Assembly (NCBI RefSeq): GCF_018398935.1
Contig: NZ_CP074694.1
Span: 840,001 to 872,000, forward strand
Reading direction: 5' to 3'
Source: Telmatocola sphagniphila
GTDB taxonomy: Bacteria; Planctomycetota; Planctomycetia; Gemmatales; Gemmataceae
Length of the DNA: 32,000 nucleotides
A program made the translations under genes and the position numbers. The notes under the pieces were generated by a model, which was not told the origin of the DNA, ran no database searches, and saw only the letters and a program-made list of their open reading frames with translations. Shown piece by piece: positions 19,627-28,500 of this stretch (its first letter is position 1; the number at the start of each line of letters is the position of its first letter).

Positions 19627-19648
19627 CCGATCCCCTCTTGAGAGGGAA

Positions 19649-19837
19649 CTAAGGAACCACAACGGTATTAGTTCCGAATCCCCAAGGAATCGTGCCCATG
19701 ACCAGTAGCACTAACAACACCACCAGTAGAAGACTGATCAAGCCGGATGGGCCGTAACCCCAACTTCGAGAATGGGGATAAACGGGCACCGTACCGAACA
19801 GTACTAGAATCAGGATAATCAGGAGGATTAGTCCCAT
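19649..19837 (-). CDS. DUF3309-like small two-TM membrane protein
   Basis: MGLILLIILILVLFGTVPVYPHSRSWGYGPSGLISLLLVVLLVLLVMG matches the DUF3309 pattern (hydrophobic helix, P.YS/HSR.WGYGPSG, hydrophobic helix). The internal ATG at 19837 is preferred over the ORF start at 19879. Confidence 0.7.
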   Translation of the reverse strand: MGLILLIILILVLFGTVPVYPHSRSWGYGPSGLISLLLVVLLVLLVMGTIPWGFGTNTVVVP

Positions 19838-20115
19838 AATAAATTTCCTCGGGTTAAAGCCTTCTATGTTCTCTGCCAAATTTAAGAGGCAATTGCTGTG
19901 CCGGAAAATTTGAATTGCTTTAGTAGTGCATGAATCACGAAGGAATCGTCTCGAACAATTCTAAAATTGGCTGCTCCTCCACTCTCCCCGGATAAAGATT
20001 TCGGGAACCATCTTTGGATTCCTGGCCCGCTTCGTAGAACATTCGCATCGCTATAAAAGTTCGCTTCCGGCGAGCGTTGTTCAATTTCCTTCCAATAGGA
20101 TTTGGAGGTGCTGCG

Positions 20116-23100
20116 ATGGTCAAATTTCTCTCATCTCTGTGTCTGGTAGCATTCTGGAATTTCAGTCCGGCGATGGCTCAAAGCCGGGCACCGCGCTATC
20201 ATCGCGTGGAACTCAACGGACAGACTTTCACATTGCCCGTCGGCTTTGAAATTGAACTGGTTGCGGCTCCGCCCCTGGTGGATCGGCCCATCCATGCCGA
20301 TTTCGACGAGAACGGTAATCTCTATGTGGCCGATTCCTCCGGTTCCAACGAACCAGTCCAACAACAGCTTCTAAAGAAACCCCATCGTATACTGCGACTG
20401 CAAGATACCCAGGGAAGCGGCAAGTTCGACAAACGGACGATCTTCGCCGATAAGATGATGTTCCCGGAAGGAGCCATGTGGAACAACGGTTCGCTTTATG
20501 TGGCTGCACCGCCGAGCATCTGGAAGCTGACCGATACCACCGGTATGGGTGTGGCCGACAAGCGGGAGGAATGGTTCAAGGGCCAGACGCTCACGAATTG
20601 TGCCAATGATTTGCACGGTCCCTACGCCGGTCCGGATGGTTGGATTTACTGGTGCAAGGGAGCCTTCGCCAAGCAGACTTACGAACGGCCAGGGAAAGAG
20701 CCGTTCGTTTCCCGCGCCGCCCACATCTTCCGATGCCGACCGGATGGCACCGGTTTGGAAGCCGTCATGAACGGTGGCATGGATAACCCGGTGGAAGTGG
20801 CTTTCACGCCTGGGGGCGATCGGATCTTTACCACCACTTTCTTTCAGCACCCCGGCGGTGGAAATCGCGATGGACTGGTGCATGCTATCTATGGCGGCGT
20901 GTATGGCAAAAATCATGATGCGATACTGGGACATCCGCGGACCAGTCCGGAACTGATGCCGGTACTCACCCATTTGGGGCCGGCCGCTCCGGCGGGATTG
21001 ATGCGATACGAATCCGAAGTTTTCGGCGAGGAGTACCAGCACAATCTGTTCGCCGCACAGTTTAATATGCACAAGATCAGTCGGCATATTCTCGAGCCGA
21101 ACGGTTCCACTTTCAAAACCACCGATTACGATTTTCTGATTTCCGATAACTTCGATTTTCATCCCACCGATGTTCTGGAAGATGCCGACGGCAGCTTGCT
21201 CGTGATTGATACGGGCGGTTGGTACAAGCTCTGCTGCCCAACTTCGCAGTTGGCCAAGCCTGATATCACAGGCGGTATCTATCGCATTCGTAAGAGCGAT
21301 ACACAAAAGGTGGATGACCCACGGGGTCTGAAACTCAATTGGAAAGACCCCACCGAAAGCGAATTAGCCAAGCGTTTGGAGGATCCCCGGCCATTCGTGC
21401 GAAAACGCACAGTGGAATTGCTGGCGACTTGGGGAGAGAAGGCTATTCCCATTCTCGAACTGGTCCAAAAGCAAAAATTTACTGCCATCGCACGGCTCAA
21501 TTGCGTCTGGGTGGCCGCACGGCTGGCATCTCCCGAGTCGAAAGCCTATATTCAGACAACGTTAAATGATGCGGATGCAACTGTTCGTCAGGCTGCTCTC
21601 AATTCCATCAGCCTTCTCAAAGACTCCAACGCGATCGTCGCCCTCAGAAAAATCGTCAGCGAGACGAATAGCTCTCCCATCGAACGGCGGATCGCCTCCG
21701 AAGCCTTGGGGCGCATCGGCGATGCCACCTCTGTGCCTGTTCTGCTGAAACAGCTTGCGCTACCGGCGGATCGAGTGTTGGAGCATGCTCTGACTTTTGC
21801 GCTGATTGAGATTGGCGATGTCGTGAGTGTGGCCGGTGGCTCACAGGATCCCAATCCCAAAGTTCGTCGAGCGGCCTTGATCGCGCTCGACCAAATGCCC
21901 GGAAAGAAACTCGCGGTTGAGAGTTGGAAAAATCTCCTCCAAGTCAATGAGAACGAGCTGAAACCCGAAGAGAAAGCCGTCACTTCGAAAATTCTCTGGT
22001 GGGTGGCATCCCATCATCCGGAATGGGCCGACGCTCTGGCGGAGGTGGTGAAAGCGCAGTTGCAGAAGGGCAGCATGGATGTAGAGACCCTCGCGGGTTT
22101 CGCGGCGGATCCCAAGATTCAGAGCGTTTTAGCAGAAACTCTGATATCCCCTTCAGCTCCAGCGCAAGCCTTGGCGTTGAAAGTTTTGGCCGCCGCCCGG
22201 TTAAAGCAGACACCCGACCTTTGGACCGAAGCATTGGTGGCTCTGGTAGAAAAGCCATCGGCTTCCAATCAGGAATTCGTGTTTGAGACTATACGAAGTT
22301 TGAAGTTCTCCGCTGCCCAAGCACCTAGAGTTTCCAAGTCACTGGCTCTATTCGCTTCCGATACAGCCAAAACTGCTAAGATTCGCATTGCCGCGCTGGC
22401 TTCGATTCCGGTGGGTAGTCTGGAACTTGATGCGGCGACCTTTCAATTTGCTCGACAGAATCTGCCCGATTCCGTGGAGGTGTTCCGCAAGGCCAAGCTC
22501 AGTTCTGCCCAGCTGATTGAGTTGACGAACGATCTGAAGAAAGCAGAACCACTGCAGATCAATCGACTTGTCGAGGCCTTTGACAAATCGAGTGACCCGC
22601 AGGTGGGGGTAGCTCTGGTTCAAGCTCTCAAGTCGGGGACGGCCCGCTCCAGCCTGCAAATCGATACGTTGAAATCGCTATTTAAAAAATTCGGTCCGAC
22701 GCTCGCGAAAGAGGAAATGGAACTCTACGCCCTGATCGATACCGAATTGCTGAAACAACAGGCGAAGCTCGAAGAGATGATGACGAAGATGAAAAAGGGC
22801 GATATCCGCAAGGGACAACTTATCTTCAACAGCCAGAAAGCAGCCTGCATCACCTGCCACACGATGGGATACCTGGGGGGGAATGTCGGTCCGGAGTTGA
22901 CTAACATTGGCCGGATCCGCACGGAACGTGACCTGCTGGAATCGATTGTCTTTCCGAGTGCCAGCATCGTACGCAGTTACGAATCGGTTAAAGTGACAAC
23001 TTCTTCGGGACAAACGTACATCGGAATTCTCAAGCGGGAAAATGCTCAGGAAGTGGTACTGATCCAGGGGGCCGTGGGGGAGACTCGAATCGCCCGAACG

Positions 23101-23214
23101 GATATCGAAGAAATGCAGCCGAGCAAGGTTTCCATAATGCCCGCCGGGTTGGATCAGCAGATGACCCTGGAAGAGTTGGCCGATTTGGTCGCTTTTTTGA
23201 AATCCAGTAAGTGA
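20116..23214 (+). CDS. PVC-type heme-binding CxxCH protein (membrane-bound dehydrogenase-like beta-propeller + HEAT repeats + cytochrome c domain)
   Basis: N-terminal signal (MVKFLSSLCLVAFWNFSPAMA). Propeller-like region (GNLYVADS..., DGSLLVIDTGGWY). HEAT-type repeats (ATVRQAALNSI, NPKVRRAALIAL). C-terminal CITCH heme motif plus MPAGL. ATG 20116 has GGAGGTG upstream; the track start at 20077 is TTG. Confidence 0.85.
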   Translation: MVKFLSSLCLVAFWNFSPAMAQSRAPRYHRVELNGQTFTLPVGFEIELVAAPPLVDRPIHADFDENGNLYVADSSGSNEPVQQQLLKKPHRILRLQDTQGSGKFDKRTIFADKMMFPEGAMWNNGSLYVAAPPSIWKLTDTTGMGVADKREEWFKGQTLTNCANDLHGPYAGPDGWIYWCKGAFAKQTYERPGKEPFVSRAAHIFRCRPDGTGLEAVMNGGMDNPVEVAFTPGGDRIFTTTFFQHPGGGNRDGLVHAIYGGVYGKNHDAILGHPRTSPELMPVLTHLGPAAPAGLMRYESEVFGEEYQHNLFAAQFNMHKISRHILEPNGSTFKTTDYDFLISDNFDFHPTDVLEDADGSLLVIDTGGWYKLCCPTSQLAKPDITGGIYRIRKSDTQKVDDPRGLKLNWKDPTESELAKRLEDPRPFVRKRTVELLATWGEKAIPILELVQKQKFTAIARLNCVWVAARLASPESKAYIQTTLNDADATVRQAALNSISLLKDSNAIVALRKIVSETNSSPIERRIASEALGRIGDATSVPVLLKQLALPADRVLEHALTFALIEIGDVVSVAGGSQDPNPKVRRAALIALDQMPGKKLAVESWKNLLQVNENELKPEEKAVTSKILWWVASHHPEWADALAEVVKAQLQKGSMDVETLAGFAADPKIQSVLAETLISPSAPAQALALKVLAAARLKQTPDLWTEALVALVEKPSASNQEFVFETIRSLKFSAAQAPRVSKSLALFASDTAKTAKIRIAALASIPVGSLELDAATFQFARQNLPDSVEVFRKAKLSSAQLIELTNDLKKAEPLQINRLVEAFDKSSDPQVGVALVQALKSGTARSSLQIDTLKSLFKKFGPTLAKEEMELYALIDTELLKQQAKLEEMMTKMKKGDIRKGQLIFNSQKAACITCHTMGYLGGNVGPELTNIGRIRTERDLLESIVFPSASIVRSYESVKVTTSSGQTYIGILKRENAQEVVLIQGAVGETRIARTDIEEMQPSKVSIMPAGLDQQMTLEELADLVAFLKSSK

Positions 23215-23630
23215 TAATCCTTGGAAATGAGGGGTTTTAGTCGATTAAAATCTCCTTATTTAACAAGTTCAGATTGTGCAAAACTTTTTTTCATTTTCCT
23301 CTATCATTTACAGGAATTTCCATTATGATTCACACAGTGTCTGATGGTTCAGACACAGGGAAGAAACGTGCCCGACTTTCGTTTTCGTTGATGGCTACGG
23401 TTTTTGAAGTAGAACGATGCCTGCCCACTGGTAAAGTTCATGGCTACCGCGTGCTTATCGTAGGAGATTGAGAAGTCCCGTTCGGATCGACGCTGATAGA
23501 GACCACTTCCGCTTTTTCCGTTTCTGGATATGCTGGATGTTCGACTCGCGCCTTCCGTTTTCCGTCAGCTTCCCCGGTGTTTATGTCCATGCGTAAGCGA
23601 TTCTGCGGAATCGCGGGTTGAAGGGTTTTT

Positions 23631-24053
23631 ATGTCTGCGAAGAATCTCTATGTCGGAAACCTCCCGTTTTCGACGACCAACGAAGACCTGTCAGCGGCCT
23701 TCGGTGCGTTCGGCCAGGTGTCAAAGGTGCAAGTTGTGATCGACCGCGAAACGGGCCGTTCACGTGGTTTTGCATTCGTTGAAATGGCCGGCGGTGCTGA
23801 CGAAGCCATCGCGGCCATGAACGGTGCGATGTTCCAGGGCCGTACCCTGACTGTTAACGAAGCCAAACCTCGCGAACCTCGAACGGGCGGCGGCGGTGGT
23901 GGTGGTGGCTACGGTGGCGGTGGCGGCGGTGGTGGTGGCCGAGGCGGCTACGGTGGCGGCGGCGGTGGCCGTGGCGGCTACGGTGGCGGCGGCGGTGGTG
24001 GTGGTGGCGGCCGAGGTGGTTACGGTGGCGGCGGTGGCCGCGGCAGCTACTAA
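23631..24053 (+). CDS. RRM-domain RNA-binding protein with Gly/Tyr/Arg-rich tail
   Basis: RNP2 (LYVGNL), RNP1 (RGFAFVEM), then about 55 aa of GGGGRGGYGGGG repeats. This is like cyanobacterial Rbp-type glycine-rich RBPs. Confidence 0.9.
   Translation: MSAKNLYVGNLPFSTTNEDLSAAFGAFGQVSKVQVVIDRETGRSRGFAFVEMAGGADEAIAAMNGAMFQGRTLTVNEAKPREPRTGGGGGGGGYGGGGGGGGGRGGYGGGGGGRGGYGGGGGGGGGGRGGYGGGGGRGSY
23886..24050 (+). repeat. coding GGY/GGC microsatellite-like tandem repeat (four RGGYGGGGG units)
   Basis: Repeated CG(A/T)GGCGGCTACGGTGGCGGCGGCGGTGG blocks are read directly. They generate spurious all-Ala/Val/Thr ORFs in other frames and on the opposite strand. Confidence 0.8.
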
Positions 24054-24082
24054 GTCCCGCTCGACTTTTCGATCAAAATTCC

Positions 24083-24119
24083 AGGTCCGGTGCAATTGCT
24101 TGCCGGACCTTTTTTATTT
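24083..24119 (+). terminator. intrinsic terminator after the RRM gene (shared with the convergent gene)
   Basis: AGGTCCGG-tgcaattgcttg-CCGGACCT is followed by TTTTTATTT. The stop codon of the minus-strand ORF at 24114 lies in the T tract. Confidence 0.7.
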
Positions 24120-24476
24120 GCCCCGGCCCACCTCAATCTGGAATCCGTACTCGGCCAGTTGATTCGCCAACCGCACAGCATTCTCGCGGGCCGCGACGGA
24201 GGTCAGATCTGCTTTCGATATGCTGACATACCAGAACTTGGTCCGATCCTTGGGCGGCAGATCTTTGACCTCCTGACCCAACTCGGTGACCTGATGGCGA
24301 TCCCAACGGATCTGACGCAAAAGTTCGGCCAGCACCCGCCAGTTCGAACCTTCCGATAGAACTCGATCCGCACGGCGAATTCGACACCCGATCGCAATCA
24401 CGAGAATCCCCGGCAGATTATCTTTCGCCAAGTGCTTCTCGCGTACGAATTCCAGAAACTCGCGGAGGCCTTCCAT
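24114..24476 (-). CDS. hypothetical protein (about 120 aa, unknown family)
   Basis: The ORF is 24114..24536. ATG 24476 (MEGLREFLEFVREKH...) avoids overlap with the thiE stop at 24520. No motif recognised. Confidence 0.5.
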   Translation of the reverse strand: MEGLREFLEFVREKHLAKDNLPGILVIAIGCRIRRADRVLSEGSNWRVLAELLRQIRWDRHQVTELGQEVKDLPPKDRTKFWYVSISKADLTSVAARENAVRLANQLAEYGFQIEVGRGK

Positions 24477-24519
24477 TCTGGTTCCATTCGGTGAATGAGT
24501 ACGGACGGGGAAGTGTAGA

Positions 24520-25980
24520 TCACGATTCCCCACCAAGTAAGCGGACCAGTTTCAATGCAGCCAATCGCGGATCTTTTGCCTTGGCCAGGGCGGAACTGAC
24601 CGCCACACGCTTTCCCCCAGCTTTTACCACCTCACATGTATTATTCGCATCGACTCCCCCAATTACAAAGAACGGCAGGGTGGTTTCGGCCGCCACGGCC
24701 TTCACGAAGTCCAATCCAGGGAAGGCATCGAAGGCCTTTGTGGTCGATGGAAATGTGGGACCCACTCCGATATAGTTGGCTCCATCCCGGATCGCCTGGC
24801 GAACCTGTACGATATCGTGCGTACTCACACCGATAATCGACTGAATCCCCAGCAATTTTCGCGCTTCGGTAAGCGGCATATCGTCCTGTCCGAGATGAAC
24901 GCCGTCGGCTTCCACAAGCCGAGCAATATCCGGGCGGTCATTCACGATGAACAGGGTCTGGGTTTCGCGCGTCCAACGTCGGACTGCGCGGGCCCGTTCC
25001 AGGAGTATTCGATCCTCCAAATTTTTTTCGCGAAGTTGGAACATGGTCGCTCCCCCTTCGGCCGCTTCCTTGATGGTCCATTCGAGAGAGGATTCGCACT
25101 CGGAGCCAGTCAGCAAAACGTAGAGTCGGGCGTCGAATAATTTCTGAGGAGAAACCTGTCGGACGGCCAGCATCTTCTCGAGAGTGTAGCACTGGTAGCG
25201 TAGCTGTTCGCAGTCTTGGCCCAAAGCCGATGATTCGATTTTGAGATACTCCTCCAAACTTCGCAGCGATTCCTGCAATCGTTTGCAGTTCACCATCGCG
25301 ATCTCCGCCGTGGAATTGCGCCGATACTCGCCCGCCGCCTGGATCTGCGTACCAACATCGTAGTCGGTATCTCGCGAGGAAACGAGGCCGGCCGGGAACT
25401 GCTCCACGATTTTTGCGAAATCGTGCCTTAAAGATTTGGCGGTCTGAGTCAGGTGCGGATCGTTCAGAACGAACCGGCTGTAATCATCCAACACGCGAAA
25501 GCTCTCCCGCACCCGGTTCGCGTTCGCATCGATCACACGCCAGGCGGCCTGATGATCAGGCGTATCGACAAGTTCCAGGTGATGTTCCGCCTCGATGGCC
25601 TTCATTTCGGGCGGAGCGATCGACTTCACTAAATCCTGAAAATTTCCTACAGTTTCTTGAAGAATTTTCTTCAGTTCTTCATCCGCTTCGATCAGGTCGA
25701 AGAGCAGCATGTTCGAGGTCAAATCCATATACCCCTCGGAAGCGAATGGCTTCCCCGCTCCCTGGAGCAGATCGTATCCTCTCAAAAACTCGGCATCGGC
25801 CTGTTGCCGCAGCGTTTCTTTTACTGCCCCGGGCTGGTAGCCGCTCTTTTCAAATATTTCCCAGACCAGCCCTTCTTCTTCGAGTAAACCCACCAGTAAA
25901 TCTCGAGAAGAGAATCGGGATGATTGCGATCGGGCGTAATCTAATGCCCGGCTTACCGCCGGCGTCATATTGTTGAGCAT
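24520..25980 (-). CDS. thiE: thiamine-phosphate synthase with N-terminal Clp_N-like and ThiD2-like extensions
   Basis: The C-terminal roughly 200 aa are canonical ThiE/TMP-TENI (MFQLREKNL, FIVNDRPDIA, DGVHLGQDD, IGVSTHD, YIGVGPTFPSTTK, FVIGGV). The middle has the VIDANANRVRESFRVLDDYSRF pattern that I associate with the ThiD2 domain fused to long ThiE forms. The N-terminal roughly 140 aa (TPAVSRALDYARSQ...DLLVGLLEEEG) resemble a Clp N-terminal repeat. Confidence 0.85.
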   Translation of the reverse strand: MLNNMTPAVSRALDYARSQSSRFSSRDLLVGLLEEEGLVWEIFEKSGYQPGAVKETLRQQADAEFLRGYDLLQGAGKPFASEGYMDLTSNMLLFDLIEADEELKKILQETVGNFQDLVKSIAPPEMKAIEAEHHLELVDTPDHQAAWRVIDANANRVRESFRVLDDYSRFVLNDPHLTQTAKSLRHDFAKIVEQFPAGLVSSRDTDYDVGTQIQAAGEYRRNSTAEIAMVNCKRLQESLRSLEEYLKIESSALGQDCEQLRYQCYTLEKMLAVRQVSPQKLFDARLYVLLTGSECESSLEWTIKEAAEGGATMFQLREKNLEDRILLERARAVRRWTRETQTLFIVNDRPDIARLVEADGVHLGQDDMPLTEARKLLGIQSIIGVSTHDIVQVRQAIRDGANYIGVGPTFPSTTKAFDAFPGLDFVKAVAAETTLPFFVIGGVDANNTCEVVKAGGKRVAVSSALAKAKDPRLAALKLVRLLGGES

Positions 25981-26174
25981 AAATTACCCAGCCTACTTTT
26001 CGCGGACTGCATTCAATCTCGGCGCCCGCATATTCGTTACCCTGTTTGCAACCGGCGAAGTCCAAATGGGAAAAATAGCGAGACCTCTAAACCGATATTT
26101 AGAGATTCCCCCTAGAGCGTCGAATAGGAAATTTAGGCAGAAATGGTAGAAGCCAGATAAAGTGAGGGTTTGCC

Positions 26175-27479
26175 ATGACCATGGGAATTTGTAAGTGGGG
26201 ATTCAAATCGTTATTCGCAGCACTGGCTTTGTCTGGCGCATTGGGTACATCCGCCGCCTTCGCGGATGACGTCTTCAAGAAGACTTCCAAAAAGCAGGAA
26301 CCCGCACCGGTAGCTCAGGTCGCACCGGCTGTGCAGAAGTATACGCTGGGCCAATGCCTGGCTATCGGCATGGAACGTGCACCTTCATTGAAAGCGGCCC
26401 GGGCGGCTTTGAATGCCGCGCAGTGGGGGCGAAAAGGGTTGGACGATGTCGGGCGACTGGGTTCACTCCTAACACCGGATCTCGAGATTCGTAAGCAGCA
26501 GTCCTGTACGGGGTTAGAAGCCATTCAGGCCGAAATTCAGGCAGCCGAGCAGGAGATTACTTACTCGGTAGTTCGAACCTACTACATGGTGATTTATGCC
26601 CGCGAGCAATACAAGCTCACGAAGGAACTGGCCATCCAACTGGATGTCTATCTCGCCCAGGTTCAGGCCATCGTCAACAGCAAGGACGGCGGCAACAAGG
26701 ACATTAACAAGAATACGGAAGATCGACTGGTGATCGCACGCAGCGAAGCCATCATCAAACGGAATCAGGCGGAAGCTGGGATTCTTCAAGCTTTCGCCGC
26801 TTTGCGGGAAGCCATGGGAATTGGTCCGAACGAACCTCTGGAAATCGCCGACGAGAAGCTGCCGGAAATTAAGGCGGAGATCACTCGCGAGACGGTTCTG
26901 AGCCATGCCACCAGCCGCCGTTCGGAGATCAAGCTGGCGGAAGTGGGTCTGGAAGTTACCAAACTCGAAGTGTTGGCGCAGTCGTCGGGGCACTTCCGTC
27001 GGAAAGTTCCGACCTTTGCCCAGGGGAGCGATATTCATTCGATTCCGATCCCCACGGGCAGTAAGGAAGCGAATTATCGTCCGGAAGCTCTGGCTCCTCG
27101 TATGCCGGCCCAGTTGGTTGGAACCAAAGAGTCCCGAACCGCGCAGGCCGCCGCTTATAGCGAGTACGCCGCCGCTCTTTTGGAGAAGACCAAGGGACTG
27201 CTAACCTTGGAAGCGGAAAACGCCTTCCAGAAATATCGGGAAGCGACCTCCAACGTTGCCGAAACGAAAGTGGCTTCAAAAACCGGGATTTCAATGATCG
27301 AACGCCTTCGTAAGGCCCAGGGGAACAAACTGGATGAGAGTCTCATTCTGACGGGGGAAGCGTCCTCCACCCTGGCCAATGCTCGATTCAATGAAGCCCT
27401 CATCGAGCAGATCGTTGCTCTGGCAAACTTGGAAAGAATCACTGCGGGCGGAATTCGTGTGAATTATCCGGGTCGATAA
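26175..27479 (+). CDS. TolC-family outer membrane efflux protein
   Basis: Signal peptide (FAALALSGALGTSAAFA|DD). Two OEP-like alpha-helical repeats (LGQCLAIGMERAPSLKAARAALNAAQ..., second half SHATSRRSEIKLAEVGLE...). 434 aa is a typical size. Confidence 0.75.
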   Translation: MTMGICKWGFKSLFAALALSGALGTSAAFADDVFKKTSKKQEPAPVAQVAPAVQKYTLGQCLAIGMERAPSLKAARAALNAAQWGRKGLDDVGRLGSLLTPDLEIRKQQSCTGLEAIQAEIQAAEQEITYSVVRTYYMVIYAREQYKLTKELAIQLDVYLAQVQAIVNSKDGGNKDINKNTEDRLVIARSEAIIKRNQAEAGILQAFAALREAMGIGPNEPLEIADEKLPEIKAEITRETVLSHATSRRSEIKLAEVGLEVTKLEVLAQSSGHFRRKVPTFAQGSDIHSIPIPTGSKEANYRPEALAPRMPAQLVGTKESRTAQAAAYSEYAAALLEKTKGLLTLEAENAFQKYREATSNVAETKVASKTGISMIERLRKAQGNKLDESLILTGEASSTLANARFNEALIEQIVALANLERITAGGIRVNYPGR

Positions 27480-27530
27480 TCCGATTCAGAAATAAGTCAC
27501 CGGTCTTCCCCCCAATCTAAGGCTTACCCG

Positions 27531-28478
27531 ATGATCGTACGGCTCTTACTTCGAAGTGCTTGCCTTTTGCTGGCAGGCACGGGATTTACTCTCCCGGTCT
27601 CCGCTCAAGAAACTCCCATCAAGCCGAACGTTCCTATCGTTCCGGCTTCCTTAAAGAAAAATGATGTTCGTATCGCATTTCCGGAAAGCATCTTCCGCAA
27701 TGTTCCCAGTAGCCTGCTGAAGTTCACTTCTACCCCGTTTAACAAGATCGTTTACGATACGACGGGCATGAATAGCCTGGTGACGCACGATCGCGATTGG
27801 GCTTCGGTGGCGGAAAAGCTGGAGAAGGGGGATTATGAAGTCGCCGTGTTCCTCGGGCATGAATTTGCCTGGGCCAAGGAAAAATATCCCGATTTCGAAC
27901 CGATGGTCTGCTCGGCACCGCTGCACAAAACACAACAGGCTTTCTTCATTGTCAAGTACGACAACGAAGCCAAGAGTATTGCCGATTTGAAGGATAGCAA
28001 GATTGCATTGCCACATGGCTTCGTCGATCATTCTTTGCTCTATTTCCAGTCGCAAGTCCGAAAATGCCTCGGCGACGACTGTAAGCTGAATGGGGTATAC
28101 TGTCCGGAAACCATCGAAGACGCTCTGAACGATGTGATCAACGGCAAAGCCTCCATGGCTTTGACCGATTCGGCCAGCTGGGAATATTTCCAGAATAATC
28201 AGCCGGGCCGGGCTTCGAACCTAAAAGTGATGTGTTCTTCCGAAGTTTTCCCGGCGGCTTGCATCGCCTACCGTAAAGGAAAATTGAACCCCAACACGGT
28301 CGATCAGATGACCAATGGGTTGATTGGTGCCTCGAAAAATGCCAATGCACTTGCTCTGCTTCGGATGATCAAGCTGCAAGGATTTGAGCCGATCAGCAAA
28401 ACCTATAACGACGAGTTGAAGAAGATTGCTCAACTTTATCCGTCCGATCATCCGGTTGATGTGAAAAAGTTGAAGTAG
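27531..28478 (+). CDS. PhnD/SsuA-like (phosphonate-bd type) periplasmic substrate-binding protein
   Basis: Signal peptide (LLLAGTGFTLPVSAQE). The type 2 periplasmic-binding fold pattern (VRIAFPES..., YEVAVFLGHEFAWAKEK, SKIALPHG, ASMALTDSASWEYF) resembles PhnD-family SBPs. Ligand unknown. Confidence 0.65.
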   Translation: MIVRLLLRSACLLLAGTGFTLPVSAQETPIKPNVPIVPASLKKNDVRIAFPESIFRNVPSSLLKFTSTPFNKIVYDTTGMNSLVTHDRDWASVAEKLEKGDYEVAVFLGHEFAWAKEKYPDFEPMVCSAPLHKTQQAFFIVKYDNEAKSIADLKDSKIALPHGFVDHSLLYFQSQVRKCLGDDCKLNGVYCPETIEDALNDVINGKASMALTDSASWEYFQNNQPGRASNLKVMCSSEVFPAACIAYRKGKLNPNTVDQMTNGLIGASKNANALALLRMIKLQGFEPISKTYNDELKKIAQLYPSDHPVDVKKLK

Positions 28479-28500
28479 AAGAATCCCAATTTCCGAACGC

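Noticed and set aside
23274-23471. 65-aa ORF in the leader of the RRM gene
   Set aside because: It has no RBS and a non-ATG start in the track, looks atypical for coding sequence, and sits in an AT-rich region. I treat it as part of the non-coding leader.
23760-24162. ORFs 23760..24095 (-) and 23896..24162 (+) encoding Ala/Thr/Val-rich polypeptides
   Set aside because: They are alternative-frame or antisense readings of the GGC/GGT tandem repeat that encodes the RRM protein's glycine tail. They are low-complexity artefacts.
25981-26174. Expected TPP (THI-box) riboswitch upstream of thiE on the minus strand
   Set aside because: I reverse-complemented the region by hand. It has only a weak CCGAGA in place of CUGAGA and nothing resembling ACCUGAUCUGGAUAAUGCCAGCG, so no riboswitch is called. 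A cmsearch would be decisive.
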